Source: Camelus ferus (Eukaryota). From it: DNA of 64,000 bases. The stretch's first letter is position 1; each line of letters begins with the position of its first letter. The position numbers and the translations under genes are program-made. The DNA is taken from the NCBI RefSeq assembly GCF_009834535.1, contig NC_045696.1, forward strand, positions 112,408,001 to 112,472,000. The letters run 5' to 3'. The notes under the pieces are model-generated. The model was not told the DNA's origin. It saw only the letters and a list, made by a program, of their open reading frames with translations, and did not search any database. Positions 36,193 through 49,810 of this stretch are shown piece by piece.

Positions 36193-37393
36193 ATCTTAGC
36201 AATGTTCTCCTAGAAAAGTGTACCCAGGCAATAGAAATAAAAGCAAAAATTAACAAATGGGCCCTAACTAAACTTATAAGCTTTTGCAGAGCAAAGGAAA
36301 TTATAAGCAAAACAAAATGACAACCTACTGAATGGGAAAAAATATTTGCAAACTGATGCAACTGACAAGGGCTTAATCTACAGAATATATAACAGCTCAT
36401 ACAACTTAATAAGAAAAAAACAAACAACCAAATCCAAAAATTGGCAGAAGATCTAAACAAGCAATTCTGCAATGAAGACGTACAGATGGTGAATATGCAC
36501 ATGAAAAAATGCTCAATATTGCTAAATATCAGAGAAATGCAAATCAAAACTACAATGAGGTATCACCTCACACCAATCAGAATGGCCACCATTCAAAAGT
36601 CCACAAATGATAAATGTTGGAGAGGGTGTGTAGAAAAGGGAACCCTCCTACACTGCTGGTAGGAATGTAGTTTGATGTAGGCATTATGGAAAACAGTACA
36701 GAGATTCCTCAAAAGACTGAAAATTGACTTACCATATGATCCATCAATCCTGCTCCTTGGCATATGTCTGGAGGGAACTCTAATTTGAAAATATACCTGC
36801 CCCCTGATGTTCATTGCAGCACTATTTATAACAGCCAGGATGCAAGCTAAAAGTCCATTGACAGATGACTGGATAAAGAAGTTGTGGTATACATATGTAA
36901 TGGAATACTTCTCAGCCATAAAAAAGAGTACAATAATGCTATTTGCTGCAAATGGATGGACCTGGAGATTGTCATTCTAAGTGAAATAAGCCAGAAAGAG
37001 AAAGAAAAATACCATATGATATCACTTATATGTGGAATCTAAAAAAAAAAGGACACAAGTAAACTTATTTACAAAGCAGAAACAGACTCATAGACATAGA
37101 AAACAAACTTATCATTACCAGGAGGGGAAAGGGGGTGGTAAGGGATAAACTGGGAGCTTAGGATTTGCAGATATTAACTACTGGATATAAAATAGATAAA
37201 CAACTAGTTTACACTGTAGTGCACAAGGAATGATATTCAATATCTTGTAGTAACCTATAATGAAAAAGAATCTGAAAAAGAATATATGAATGTATACAGA
37301 TGACTGAAACATGATTCTGTACACCAGAAATTGACACACCATTGTAAACTGACTATACTTCAATAATTTAAAAAAGTCTAAAAAAAAAAAGAA
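36193..37393 (+). mobile_element. 5'-truncated L1 (ORF2 C-terminus, 3'UTR, poly-A)
   Basis: [18 protein letters not shown]...CWRGC; TSD core agcccttcatcatattc at 36176-36192 and 37400-37416. Confidence 0.97.
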
Positions 37394-40300
37394 ATGCCAA
37401 GCCCTTCATCATATTCTACGCACGTATGTGCACACGGCCTCAAGTTACAATGAAACACCATTTCCCTTAATGTTTGCTATGGCTTCCTACCTAGTAGGTG
37501 TGGAGTCTGGGTGAATCTTTTAAACACTCCTTTTTCTTCTTCCACCAGGTTCTTTTACATAAACTTTTTCTTTTAATGAACCCCCTCCCCGCCAGCCTCT
37601 CCTTATGGATGGTGCCCCCGACCTAATTACATAAGTACCTGATGGGCTGGAACGCTTCCAAAAGGGCCTCTTAGGAAAAACAATCTGAAGGGTTTTCTTC
37701 CCCTTCTTCTGTAATTACATAATTACTCAGCTGACTAATATGAGTCACCGTGTGCCATTCTAATCTCCCAGGCACAAAATAGTTTTATTATTTTCCTTGG
37801 AACTACCTAATTACCCAATGGATAGCAATAACTCCAGGGCTCTTTTCAGTAAGTAATCTGTAACGCTCAAGGCTGAAATTCCTCCAGAAGTCTTTAAAAG
37901 AGGGAGAACTTAGAATAATCCTATCATTCACCATACAAGACACTGGAGCTCTCTGTCACCAGGGTGGTCGGATGCTGTACCGCAAATAATTCTGGAGAAA
38001 ACTTGTTAGGATGCTGGGCAGGGGATCAGTTAATGAGGCAGATCCTCCCTGCTGGGTTTCAGGAAATAAGTGTTCCTGAGCCAGAACAGCAGTGGCTGAG
38101 AGCACATCTCCCAGTGAAAAAGGGAAATTAGCAAGCATTCCTGATATATGTGTATTTATGAATCAGTTGTATGCATCTGCTATGGTTGACCCATAGATTA
38201 ACCATTAGCAATGCTTAATTAATATTGTGAGACAACCTAAATAATTACAGAAATTATGACATTTTCCCATATCCCAATGGAAGCCTAGTCTACCCTGTTT
38301 TGGAAAATGCTTTCAACATACCAGAGTCTAGAATTGGTTTCTAGTTGACCTGCAGTTGGTCAGTCTCTATTCACTCAGAGAACAGATTAGCTGACTGCTT
38401 ATATTGATTCTTTTCTCTCCTTTAACAGGGAATGTGCAAAAAAAACTCATAGAAGCTTGTGAGCACTTCACTGTATCCCAGGATACTTCCTAGGAGGTGC
38501 TCAGAAACCTCTCGGCACAGGAGTCTTCCCTCCATGCCTCTCCTGACCTTCTTCATCTTCCCCTAATTTCCCACTCGACCCCAGGAATGGTGGACTTATG
38601 ACAGCCTATTTGTGGTCTAGAGTCTAAATGATTGGGCAGAATCCATGATTTACAAAGCCAGTGTGTTGGCCTATGCCTTGGGTATGATAGATTTCTAATA
38701 AAAAGACACATGTTTTTATCCAAGCTATTGAGCATCTAGGTCTAATCAATATTAACTCTGATGAGCCATTTTCCAATGTATAATGAAATACTAAGTCATG
38801 TTCATAATTCAACTGTATTTAGAACTGTCCTCTATAGTTCATGTTCATTAAGCCATTTTAAGACAAAGGCCATACTAAATTTTATTTTAAGATGAATAAA
38901 AGTACTTGAAACCAAAGAACTTCTGAAACCTCACTATTACAGCTGAACCTAGTTTAGCTTGTATATGCTTATAATTTACTGATTACTCAAGTAATTATTG
39001 ATTCAAGTCCATGACAATGAATTTTATATTCCAGAGATTCACAGTTCCCATTTTTTTAAGTTTCATAGGTGTTAGGAAAAATAAATCTGAAAAACTGTTC
39101 AGTCAAGTCTGATTCTTCTGGCACATACACCAAATCACACACTGGAGTAGAAGGAGCAACCATGAAGTCATTTTGACAGTTGAACATAAACAGAGGCCCT
39201 GAACAATGAACACACAGAAACAGTACACTTCCCTGAGGGAGGCAGCTCTGGCTTTGAATGTCTGGAGGGAAGCCAACACGCTGTCCATTAACTTAAACCT
39301 CTCAGATAACGCTGTTACTTCACCTTCTCTTTTGAAACGGCCTCCTGGTCTACACCTTCCTGCCCCCATCTTGGACCCCAATCTTCCTCAACTCTGTTAA
39401 TTAGGGGAGAGAAGAAAAGGAGGCTTACCGTTGCTTCACTTGCTTTTGCAAGGAGGCACTACCTGCCCTCAACCCAGCTTACAGTCTAGTGATTTCCTAG
39501 AAACAGACCTGGCATCCTTCTTCCTCTCTTTTTAGAACTCTTGATACCACCAAACTGGGCTTCACAGAGTTTTGAACCTTGTCTTTCAGAAGCCATTGGT
39601 TTCAGTCCATTCTCCAATTACAACAAAAATGCTTGGAGGACTTTGATTATAAGGTGGATGACTCTCCTTCAAGCTATGAACTGTCAGGTGCAAACAGGGC
39701 ATTCACTGAGAATAATGCTGATGAATGAAGAGGGACAGGAATGCTGTCTGGGGGAGGGAATGGCTCAAAGATCCCAGGACTGGCCTCATACAGTCAGTTG
39801 CCTCTTGCTTCCTGCAGATCCATTTATTACTAGAATGAAATTTTACTTAGTTGTTGAATATTTCAATTACATCAGAAAGATATTCACTTCAATTTGCTAT
39901 TCATTTAGACAACAAAAAGTTGAGTACCTACTATTTTCCAGACACTATTTACAGGGAACTAGAGAGACACAATTCATTCACTTCCCCAAATATATTTAGA
40001 GTATTTATTATAAGCCAGGAATGTGCTGGCCACATACCATGGGTCCTTGCCCATGGAACTGTGACTTAACTACCCATAGGCTCTGATTACTATTGTAGGG
40101 CCTGATGAGGGAGAACTCAAGGATTACTTGGAGCCCTAGAATCTATAAAAATAGGCTTCCTTCCTTCCTCCCCTCTCCCCTCTTTCCCATCCTAATATAT
40201 ATATTAATGAAGGATCTATCTATATTTGGTAGAGCACTGGGCACTGAGAATATAACAGTAAGCAGACACAGGGATGGCTCCTGCTTGATGCTTACAAAAT

Positions 40301-40409
40301 GACACAAGTCCAATTTCCCAATTTCTCAAGTTTTTCCCAATTGGGGAATATGATATTAATGTAGAAATCACACAAGCATCTAAAATTGCAACTGTCATCC
40401 ACTCTTGGT

Positions 40410-40844
40410 ATACCTTTTTTACCCCCAGGTTACTGAGGTATGACTGACAAATTCAACTTGCATATATCTAGGTTATACAATGGGATTTTTTTAAGGTGTA
40501 TAAAGTGATGATTTAATATACATATACATTGTAAAATGATTACCACAATCAAGGTCCTCCATCACTTCACAGAGTTATCATTTTGTGTGTGTGTGTGTGT
40601 GTGTGTGGAGGGAACATTTAAGATCTACCCTCTTGTAGAACAATTAAGATCTACATTTCAAGTGTACAGTACGAGATTAATTATTGTCACCATGCTGTAC
40701 ATTAGATCCCAGAACTTCTGGAAATCTTGGACCCCTTGACCAGCATCACTCCATTTCCTCCAACCCCATCCCCAGGCAACCACTGTTCTACATTCTGATT
40801 CTATGAGTTCAACTTTTTAAGATTCCACCTGTAAGTGAGATCAT
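40410..40844 (-). mobile_element. L1 3'UTR fragment (L1MA-type) with (TG)n, inside an L2 remnant
   Basis: tactgaggtatgactgaca...gtcaccatgctgtacattagatcccagaactt...ttttaagattccacctgtaagtgagatcat; (TG)n at ~40584-40607. Confidence 0.88.
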
Positions 40845-40950
40845 AACTGTCACAAGTCTTTGAAGGGGAGGAAGAGAGGGCTGCGAGGCATTAAACAGAG
40901 GAAGCTTGGTCAAAGAAGAGGGAAGAGGCCATTAAGAATTAATTGAAAGA

Positions 40951-41097
40951 GGGGGAGCGTATAGCTCAGTGGTAGGGTGCGTGCTTAGCATTTAAGATCT
41001 TGGGTTCAATCCCCAGTACCTCCATTAAAAAACAAAATAAAATTAATTTAGAAATACAGAAACCTAATTACCACCCCCAAAGACAAAAAACAAAAAC
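40951..41097 (+). mobile_element. tRNA-derived SINE (vic-1-like)
   Basis: A/B boxes; TSD aagaattaa(t/c)tg(a/g)aag at 40934-40949 and 41098-41113. Confidence 0.92.
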
Positions 41098-41689
41098 AAG
41101 AATTAACTGGAAGGGTTTTGTTGCTTACGATTTTTCCCAGAACTCATACACTGTCTGCTGATTCATTCATAGAAGATTTCATTGGACTGAAACTCTAATT
41201 TAAAAAAAGACATGGGAAAGCCTGAGAGTCTGCAGAGCCTCAGAATCCAGGCCGGGATGGCGTGTGCGCCAAGTCCTGACACACACACGTGGTTTCGATT
41301 AAAAACATCGAGAAGTACTTCTGAACAGCATCAACCACAAGTTTCCTCGGCAAGCCACAAAATAAAGTGCTATTAATTCTCACCAATAGTCATGAAATTA
41401 TTGTCTTTTCTTGCATATGCCTAACCTCCTACCATGGTCTTGAGGTTTCCTATACTTTTCTGATCTCTTTGCATCTTAGGGAGCACAGTGAGTGGTCATA
41501 AAAACGTTCAAGGCTGCCTCAGTTATAAAATCGAATATGCCATGCAGATAGAAACCATATTGATATAATTATAGTCTTTTCCTTAAAAAAGGAAAGATCT
41601 ATAATGCCTCCTTTTCCTTCCCTCTCTCTGAACTCAGCTTGCTTTCTGGGGAAAGACATTCTTTTTGAATCTATTAATATATCACTATA

Positions 41690-41818
41690 AATTTTCCTTT
41701 TTTCCCTTTCTTCTCTTCTTTTTTCTTTCTTCCTTTTTCCCTTCCATTCCTCCTCCCTCCCTTCCTCCCTCCCTTCCTTCTTCTTTCCTTCCTTCCTTTC
41801 TTCCTTCTTTCTCCTTCC
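41690..41818. repeat. CT-rich simple repeat (CCTT/CCCT)n
   Basis: Polypyrimidine tract. Confidence 0.9.
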
Positions 41819-43512
41819 AAGTTTTGTTGAAAGTATTTTTCTAAGTTATTTTTAAAACAACACATTACATTTTACATCTACTCTGTCCTCAGGTTACAAG
41901 CCTCTGAAGTGTGCTTGGCCTGTTGCCGGGTATATTTATTACCATTAATAAATGAGTCGCTGGTAAGAATGCAAATTTTATGTGGCCCATGTATAAATGA
42001 GCCTGTTAAGAATGACCAGATACACATTTTATGTGACTGCTAAATAATTATGCTGTAGAAATACAGCTTGTGAATTTAACATTAAAGAAAGAAATGGATT
42101 TGAATAATGTTAGGATGAGTATTTGTCAAAACATGGTTTTGGTGAGTTAAGGCCATAAAAAAAAGGACAAAAGAAAATGTCTGGGTTATAGGAAGAGAAT
42201 GTGGATGCTTAAGTTTTCCACAATGGCCACTGATGGCCAGCCTCCACCTTCACATCACTGTTGTATGAACACACGTCCCATTCACAAAATTGCTTTGATG
42301 TTTTCAACATTTCCACCTGTGAGGGTGGGTATTGGATGAGGACATCTGAAGCTGTGTCTATAGAGAGCAACAAACTCGACATCAGAGTTGAGAAAATGAC
42401 CAGATAACAGGGACATGCTAGGGAAGGCGATGACAACCTTGGGGCTCACATTCGGGGTGGGGGACGGGACATTCAACACAGTGCATTACAGTGTTGTAGT
42501 CGTGGTAGATATCAGTAGTGGGTGTTCGTTAATGAGTGCAAACCAGAGTGTTCGAAAGTGACATTTCCATATCAAGTTGTCTCATCTGATCAGAAATCTG
42601 GATGTTAATTTAATGTTATTTCTCTAGTCTGAGAGTTGAGTGGCAGCTTCGGATAACAAGGACAAGCTCAGATCAACTGGCCAAGGGGAGAGTCAAGAGC
42701 AGACACTAAGGCATTCTGCAAAGCAAAGGCCCCTGGAGCCAAAACTCTTGAGGGTTAAAATGCAGATACCAATCTAGAATATTTGAGTGAGACAGTAATT
42801 ACTTACTTTTGGTCTGAACACATTTTCAGAACTTAATCTAAATCCCTGGTACCCTCACTAAATATTACAGTACCATCTCTCTTTAATGAGTAGATCTGCT
42901 GGTAAACAGATAGGGCTTCGGGGGGTTTCTTTGGCCATGCAGTGTTTTAAAAGTATCTGCAATCACTGCCAAAGCTAAAAGATCAGATTTTACATAAAGA
43001 ACTACATTATCTAGCTTTTTTTTTTTTTTTTTAAATGAGAAGGCCTGGCAATATTCCCACATGAGCAACAGTCAGCAGGAGCACAGCTCCATTCAGCTTC
43101 CTTCTAAAATCGGGATGTGCCATCTGCCTCCCCGCATTCTCTTCCATTCCCGGCGCTGTTACACCTTGGGGTGGTGGGGGAGCTGGGCCTCGCTGACTGT
43201 GCGCCTTGCCTTTGGAGGCAGCTGCTTTACACATTTCAAGCTTTAACTGCACCACTAATTCAGACAGCCCAGGCTTCTCGGTATTTTGCCTTCCTCTGCT
43301 CCAAGGATGCCATCTTACTACCTCTACTTTACTCCACTCCTTTCTCCATTAATTCCAGCCTTTCTGTGGCAGTTCCAACTGCACCCTCAGCTATTTACAC
43401 AATTATTAATTCAATAGATACTCACCTATTATTTTATACCAATTGGGAGGTTGGGGGTGGGAACATAGATGGATAAGGCACATTCACTGTTCTCAAAAAC
43501 TCCATAATCTAA

Positions 43513-43775
43513 CACAGAACTTTATATAAAACAGATAAGCAACAAGGTCCCACTGTATAGCACAAGGAACAACATTCAGTGTCTTGTAAGAACCTATAAT
43601 GGAAAAGAATCTGAAAAATAATATACAGATGTATTGTACAACAAAACACTTTACTGTACATCTGAAACTAACACCACATTGTAAATCAATTATACATCAA
43701 TAAAAACAAGCCAACATTGTAAATCAACTATACTTCAATAAAAACCAAACAACCAACCAACCAACCAAAAAAAAA
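43513..43775 (+). mobile_element. L1 3'UTR tip with duplicated terminus
   Basis: tatataaaacagataagcaacaaggtcccactgtatagcaca...; degenerate TSD aaaaact..ataatctaa. Confidence 0.88.
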
Positions 43776-44369
43776 AACTTTTATAATCTAAAAGAGGAAT
43801 TTAGACTAGCAGGAAATGTAAAGAATTCTGAGCTGGAGAGCTATGTGTAAGACCTTGAATTTTGATCTTCCACATTTTATAGGAAGACCATGACAAGACC
43901 TTAATTTTGCCATATGTCCTCCTTCTCAGCTATGTTCTCTGTCTTTTTCCTCCTCTTTACGGATATGAGGTCAAGTTACTTGAGTTGGGGGCAAAGAACA
44001 GAACATGTATTTGAGAGCCAGATCCATGGACCTTGCTCTGCAAACTTCAAATGAGAACTTTTATGGATGGTGACAAAGGATTTAAATATTCAAATGCCAA
44101 ATGGTGATCTAGAAAAAAAACTTGTGGAGAAAATTTATAGGTAGAAAAATTAACGCAGCATAGAATGTTAGAGCTGGAAGAGACACCTTATTTTACAGGT
44201 GGGGAAATTAAGACTGGGTAAGTGACATCTCTCTGGTCTTGGAGACAATGAGTAACAGCCAGATCACCATCGTAGATTTAAATATCCACAGATATTTTTG
44301 TGTTTAAATATCTAATAGCAATACAGATAATCCCATTGCCCACCAACTCCACCCTTTAACTTTTTTTAT

Positions 44370-44490
44370 TAAATAAATTCAACAGATACATATTGAGTTC
44401 TTTCCCTACCCCAAGCACACTTCTAGATGCTGGTGATACAGCATGAACCAAAAAGCCAAACTTTCCTGCTCTCCAGGATCTCATATTTCA
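44370..44490 (-). mobile_element. L2 3' end fragment
   Basis: attcaacagatacatattgag...ttctagatgctggtgatacagcatgaacca. Confidence 0.65.
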
Positions 44491-45585
44491 ATCTTGAGTT
44501 GTCTCTGAATCCAATCCAGACTTACAGCACACAAAACCGACCTTAGACCCACAGCCCTTTTACCTCCTACACCTACTATAACTATCTAGTGAGACAATGA
44601 TCAGGAAAAATGCTGTGTAACATCAAAAGGTTCTACAAGCCTTTGTTGCAAATTCTAACACGTCAATGACTGATTCAGCTCCTCTGGCCCATCGTGATGT
44701 GAAAGGAACTGTAGTAATTGATTCCATCCTCTTATGAACCACTAACTATTTCCATTGGCTTCACCTTAACCCAAACCTGGTACAAATCTGTTGAAAGAAT
44801 GGTGACTCCACTGACTATCTAAAAAAGGGCCAAGCAGAGAGCTGAATATGTCTCAAATCCATCACCACAGAGCATCTAAACTGAATTATTTGCTGCCCCC
44901 AAAAGCTTCACTTTTTTCCACTTTGTTTTGTCTCTATCAACACAATTTTTCTTCATCACTTCTACATTTCAGACCAGAAAATAAAAACATACATGCAGCC
45001 CACATTTCCATAAACACCCCTGGCCTGGCCTGCAGGGCTCACCTTCAGGACAACAGGAGAAGGCAAGATTAAGTTGACTTTCTCCTGTCAACATCTTTCT
45101 CTTTTCTGAGCCAAGGACAACCCTTCCGTAAGCAGTTGCCTCTCCTTCACTTTCTATCCCAATCTACAAGACTGTTTTGTCATTCATCCTGCCAAGTTAT
45201 CCTGTATAATTAAGTGGCCCAGCTGCCATATCTAATTTTCTGCAAAAAGTCTGTGATGATCCTCCACTTGCCCCACTTTTCTCCGAAGACACCCTTATGT
45301 CCATACTTGACAATTCTTCAGACAGGAGAACCTCTAACAGGGACAAGACTCAAAAAGCTAAAATCATCTACCACCCAAAGGTCTGACTCCAGATTAACCA
45401 TCGGGACAGAAGCAAAGAAATCAGCTTCATAGCCTTCAGATTTCAGCATTCATTCCCTTTTTCAGTCTTTTAGTTTTCCATAATGTCCAATAACACATTA
45501 AACAATTGTAACAGCATAATCCACTGTGGGCTTAGTTATTCAACGTCCATGTCTACCTAGAATGAGAGCTCCAAGGTCATATTTG

Positions 45586-45699
45586 AATTGCAGGTTTATT
45601 TTTTATTATTTTTTTTAATGGAGGTACTGAGGATTGAACCCAGGACCTTACGTATGCTAGGCATGCGCTCTACCACTGAGCTATTTCCCTCTTCCCTTA
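45586..45699 (-). mobile_element. tRNA-derived SINE (vic-1-like), 3'-truncated, inside an L2 tail (~45530-45810)
   Basis: Perfect 14-bp TSD caaggtcatatttg at 45572-45585 and 45700-45713. Confidence 0.92.
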
Positions 45700-47259
45700 C
45701 AAGGTCATATTTGTCTCTTCATGGCCGTGTCCACACCGCCTGATACAATTCTTGCCACACTGGAGGCACTTAATCCATATTGACAGAATGAAAAAAAAAA
45801 TGAATAAATGAGAGCATGCATCACTTGAGCTGCAAACTCCCTCTGACCAGGCTTACACTGAACAACATATTTTTCATCAACAGAGTACAGAGGCTTTCTG
45901 GTCTGCCCACCATGGTCTTAATTAATTCACAGCCCATTTTCCTTTGAGGTTTGGTCTCAGTGCCAACCATTCCAGCTACTACAACAGGTCTCAACAGTCT
46001 CAATGTCTCATGTCTGCCGTCTCCCCCAGCTTGGTGTCAAATGGTTCCCTCTAACCGAGTGCAGAGTGCATGAAATATGATAGGTGAGCACATGAGCTTT
46101 ATTTTGAAGTATTTTTGTCAAGCCTGTACTGAGAAGTGGAAAGAGAACAGAAGCTGGGAAATTATGTCAGCAGATAACTTCAGAGTTTACTTTCCTATTG
46201 GTTCTAAACCTATCAGGCAAAGTTGCTGCTCCTGTGTCTACGGGTCAAATCCCGAACCTAAAATCAGGGGAATAAGGCAAAGCAAATTCCTAGAAGAACA
46301 TTTTTCACCCTGTGGTCCCAGAGATTAAATTTCTTTCTATTTTACTTAAAACAACAGAGGTTTATGCCTCCCTGTCTTTCCAAATCATACCCAGAGGTTG
46401 GCAACAGGGCTCCAGGCGGGAGTTAATAAATCTCAAGTAATGTATTGATCACTCTTCATGCTTTTTTCTATTGTTCTTAAAAACCTAAGAACTGTCTCAT
46501 TATGTTAAGAATAAAAGGACAAGTTTCCACACTTAAATGCCAAGCAAGGAAAGAAATCCCTGGGAAGCTAATAATGAAACAAAGGTGGTTTTCTTCAGCA
46601 GAACTGTGTGCATTAAATTGCACTTTTATGCGATTTTTAGGGCAATTTGCCACTTTCTGAGCACCACTTCATCACTTTCCTTCAGCAACAAAAAGAAAAA
46701 GGAGGACCACGATGACCTATATATCAGCGCTCTAACAATGTGCGGGGTCGGCCTCTCCCAGGGCACGAGTCTCATTTAATAATGGAGATTTCCTTTCCTT
46801 ATCTAAGTTAGAGAGACTGGAGGGGACATTCTCATTACCCGCAAGGAGTCCACTGTTCCTCCCAGTTTGTCTATCATAGACTTTCCATCTTTCAATGTTA
46901 TGAATGGCAGTGTTTCCACCGTCTTCATTGTCATATGAAGGTATGTATGTTACACACAGCCCCGCTTTCACATAGATGCCTTGACGGCCCAGGAGGTTCC
47001 ACTCACAGAGCATCTATCTAATTCCCTGACCACAAAAATGGGGAAACTGGGGCCCAGAGATAGGATGTGACTTGCCTTCACTCAGACGGATCACCAGGAC
47101 TATAGGATAAAACGGCTGTTAACGTCGATTGTGCTTTAATGTGGGGGTGATAGATAATAACGAAGTGGAATTGGAGAGGTTCATAACTCATCTGAGCCTC
47201 ATCTGTTTTTCCCATGTCTAAATGTGAAGATATCTACCTGGCCAGGTTGTTCCGATTTC

Positions 47260-47612
47260 CAGGGGTCTGCAATGAAAATCCACACTCCCCCCCCATCCTG
47301 GAATGTTATTCCTTTTCTCTACTTGCTTTCTGCGTACTGTCTCAGGTCAAATTCATGTCTCCCCAGGAAGCATCCCTTGATCCTTCCAACTACACTGGTC
47401 TGCAGGCACTCAGGACATTGTACTTACCTCCCCACTGTCTTTTAGTCACAATGATAATTAAATAACATGTGGGGCATTTGCTACCCAGTGTCCCTCTGTT
47501 TCCCTAGATTATCAGCAACATGAAGGCCTCCAGTCAGCCTCCATCTCTGGTCCCTGTTGCACTCCGTCTGGACCAGCCCATGGTAGGTGCTTCCTGAGTA
47601 TTTGTGAGATGA
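47260..47612 (+). mobile_element. L2 3' region fragment
   Basis: cctggaatgttattcc...tctcaggtcaaattcatgtctccccaggaagcatcccttga...catggtaggtgcttcctgagtatttgtgagatgaa. Confidence 0.65.
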
Positions 47613-49369
47613 ACCTCAAAAATATTCCACAAATAAAAGTCAATGTTCACGTTTCTTCTCAGTCCTTCTGGTTGTCAAGAAGAGTGACACACACACAGCT
47701 CTTTTCACCTCTCCCAGGCCAATCCATTCCTCTCTTTAAAAACGCTTAGTCCGTGGTTTCTGTGTCTTGATAACAGCTTCCTGGTGTCTGACATTTTATC
47801 TCTCATTTCAGTGTGAACAAAACAATTGAGGAAAAGTCACTTCTGCATTTAGCTCTTTTGGTAAAACAAACTCCCTCTTCCCTTCTCCCCCCACCCAGCA
47901 TTTGCCCTGAATTTGACTTCACCAGAGTCTACATTAAGAACAGCAGCTAAACCGTCTTTGAAACTTTATTCACCATGGCCAACAGGAAAAAAGAGAAAGA
48001 GAGCGAAAAAAAAAAAAAAAAAAGAGCTGGTGAAATTCCTTTAAAACGCGCTTTAATCTAGCTGGAATGCCATAAATTGCTTCCAGATGTGCACGACACA
48101 AAAGTCAATCAAAGCTATTTATACTGACACTCTACAGTCCAAACAATCTGAAGCCAAATGCCATGTCTCCGCTTCAACAAAGCTATAAATGTCAGTTTTG
48201 TTGAATTTGGAGAGGTGTTGAAGAGTTCATGCAAGTTTGAGTTCTTGACTCTTTTAGAGCCCACAGTAATTTTGAAAGGGGGGAGCAGGAATAAAACCAT
48301 GACACACACCAACATTTGTAAATTCCCATCTTCACGGAGTGTACCTGACACCTCTCATACATGACCTTGAAAGTCCCACAGGTTTGAAGACAATACTGCT
48401 TTATAAGAAAGAAAAATGTAGCTCTTGGACAATATGCCAAAAAGCCCAAAGAATCTGGCCAGATCCCTTCACCCCACCCTGAACACAGACAAGCACACTT
48501 GGAAGTCCTTGACTGCGTGGCCTGTAGTGATGCCTTTTTGACATCCTAGCAAACCCACCGTTCTCCAAAGCAGCCTCCACACAAAGACAGTTCATGCCGT
48601 CAGCCCCACACTCACGTACTAGTGTGAGCACACTGCCTGAGGTCCAGGTGGCTGGCCCGGGGGGGGGGGGTTGTCCCTTAGAAATGTTTGCTGTCTCTCT
48701 CCACATGAAATATAATTCCAGGCTTTCCACTTTATTCAGCACCTCATCCTCCGTGCCAGGCGCACAGTAGGCCCCCAATAAGTAATGTTGAAGGAAAGCA
48801 CCCTTAAGGAAAAGAAAGCCTATGGATCTAGTTGTTTCTTTTCGGTGATGTACTTAATGTAAGTGACTTAGGAATACAAAGTCAAGATAGTCACACAGTT
48901 GATGAAAACACCTCGGGCTTTGGGGCCACGGACCTGTGACATCAGATTCTCCCCTGTGGACTGAGGAGTGGTGTGACTTTGCACATGTTTTCTGATGTCT
49001 CTGGACCTCAGTTCCCCCCACGGGGAGGGAGCTCAGGAAGACATCTTCTGCAGTCCTGCAAGGATGCCGTCCTCCTTCCGCACCAGGCCTCTGGGACTCA
49101 CTCCTTTCTTTCGTCCCCATGGCTGGCATTTCAAGTGTTTGAAAAACAAAAGGAGCAAGAAACAACGTAAATTTGGAGCCAGAAATCATTAAGAGTTCAA
49201 AAGTGAACACTAGTCAATTTTCATCCAGATTGGTGTAGCCCTGGGTTGAACTACATGAAATTTCCCATAGGTCCACCTGCTATGAAGGACGACGCGAAGG
49301 ACCTTGTTACAACATCCAGGGCCCTTGGGGCAGTTCCTGAAGGATAACTACCCTTGGCTGCTGCAGTCA

Positions 49370-49568
49370 CCGAGGCTGCAGGCTCTGGGAGAGATCTGGG
49401 CACTGCCTGTCTCTGTGAAAATCTGCTAGAGCATGCCACACTCATTCCTTTACATACCCTCTGGCTACTTTCACACCACACTGCAGAACTGAGTTGTTGC
49501 AACAGACTGTAGGACCTGCAAGGTTGAAATGAACCTTCTCACTCTCTGGCTCTTTTCTGTGGACTCTG
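49370..49568 (+). mobile_element. MER58A-like hAT MITE
   Basis: gccacactcattcctttacata...ctctggctactttcacaccacactgcagaactgagttgttgcaacagact. Confidence 0.8.
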
Positions 49569-49589
49569 TTTATAAACCTGAGCTCTTAA

Positions 49590-49810
49590 GTTGGATTCTG
49601 TTTTCCTGTACCCAATGCTGGCCCATCGCTTCCTTTGATCTAACTCAGGGGAAGCCCTGAACTCCTTTAATCTCAGTTGTTCAGCCATAAGACAGAAATA
49701 ATAGCTACCTTGGATGGTCGAAAGAATGAGATAAAAAATTAGGTGCTGAAGCGCTCAGCACAGTGCCTGGCACTTAAGGGTTAAATCAACTGTCACAGCT
49801 TAATCATTAT
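49590..49810 (+). mobile_element. MIR
   Basis: atctcagttgttcagccataagacagaaataatagctacct...aagcgctcagcacagtgcctggcact. Confidence 0.75.

Noticed and set aside
39541..39999. 152-aa ORF
   Set aside because: TTG start, no motif, and it runs into an L2-like remnant.
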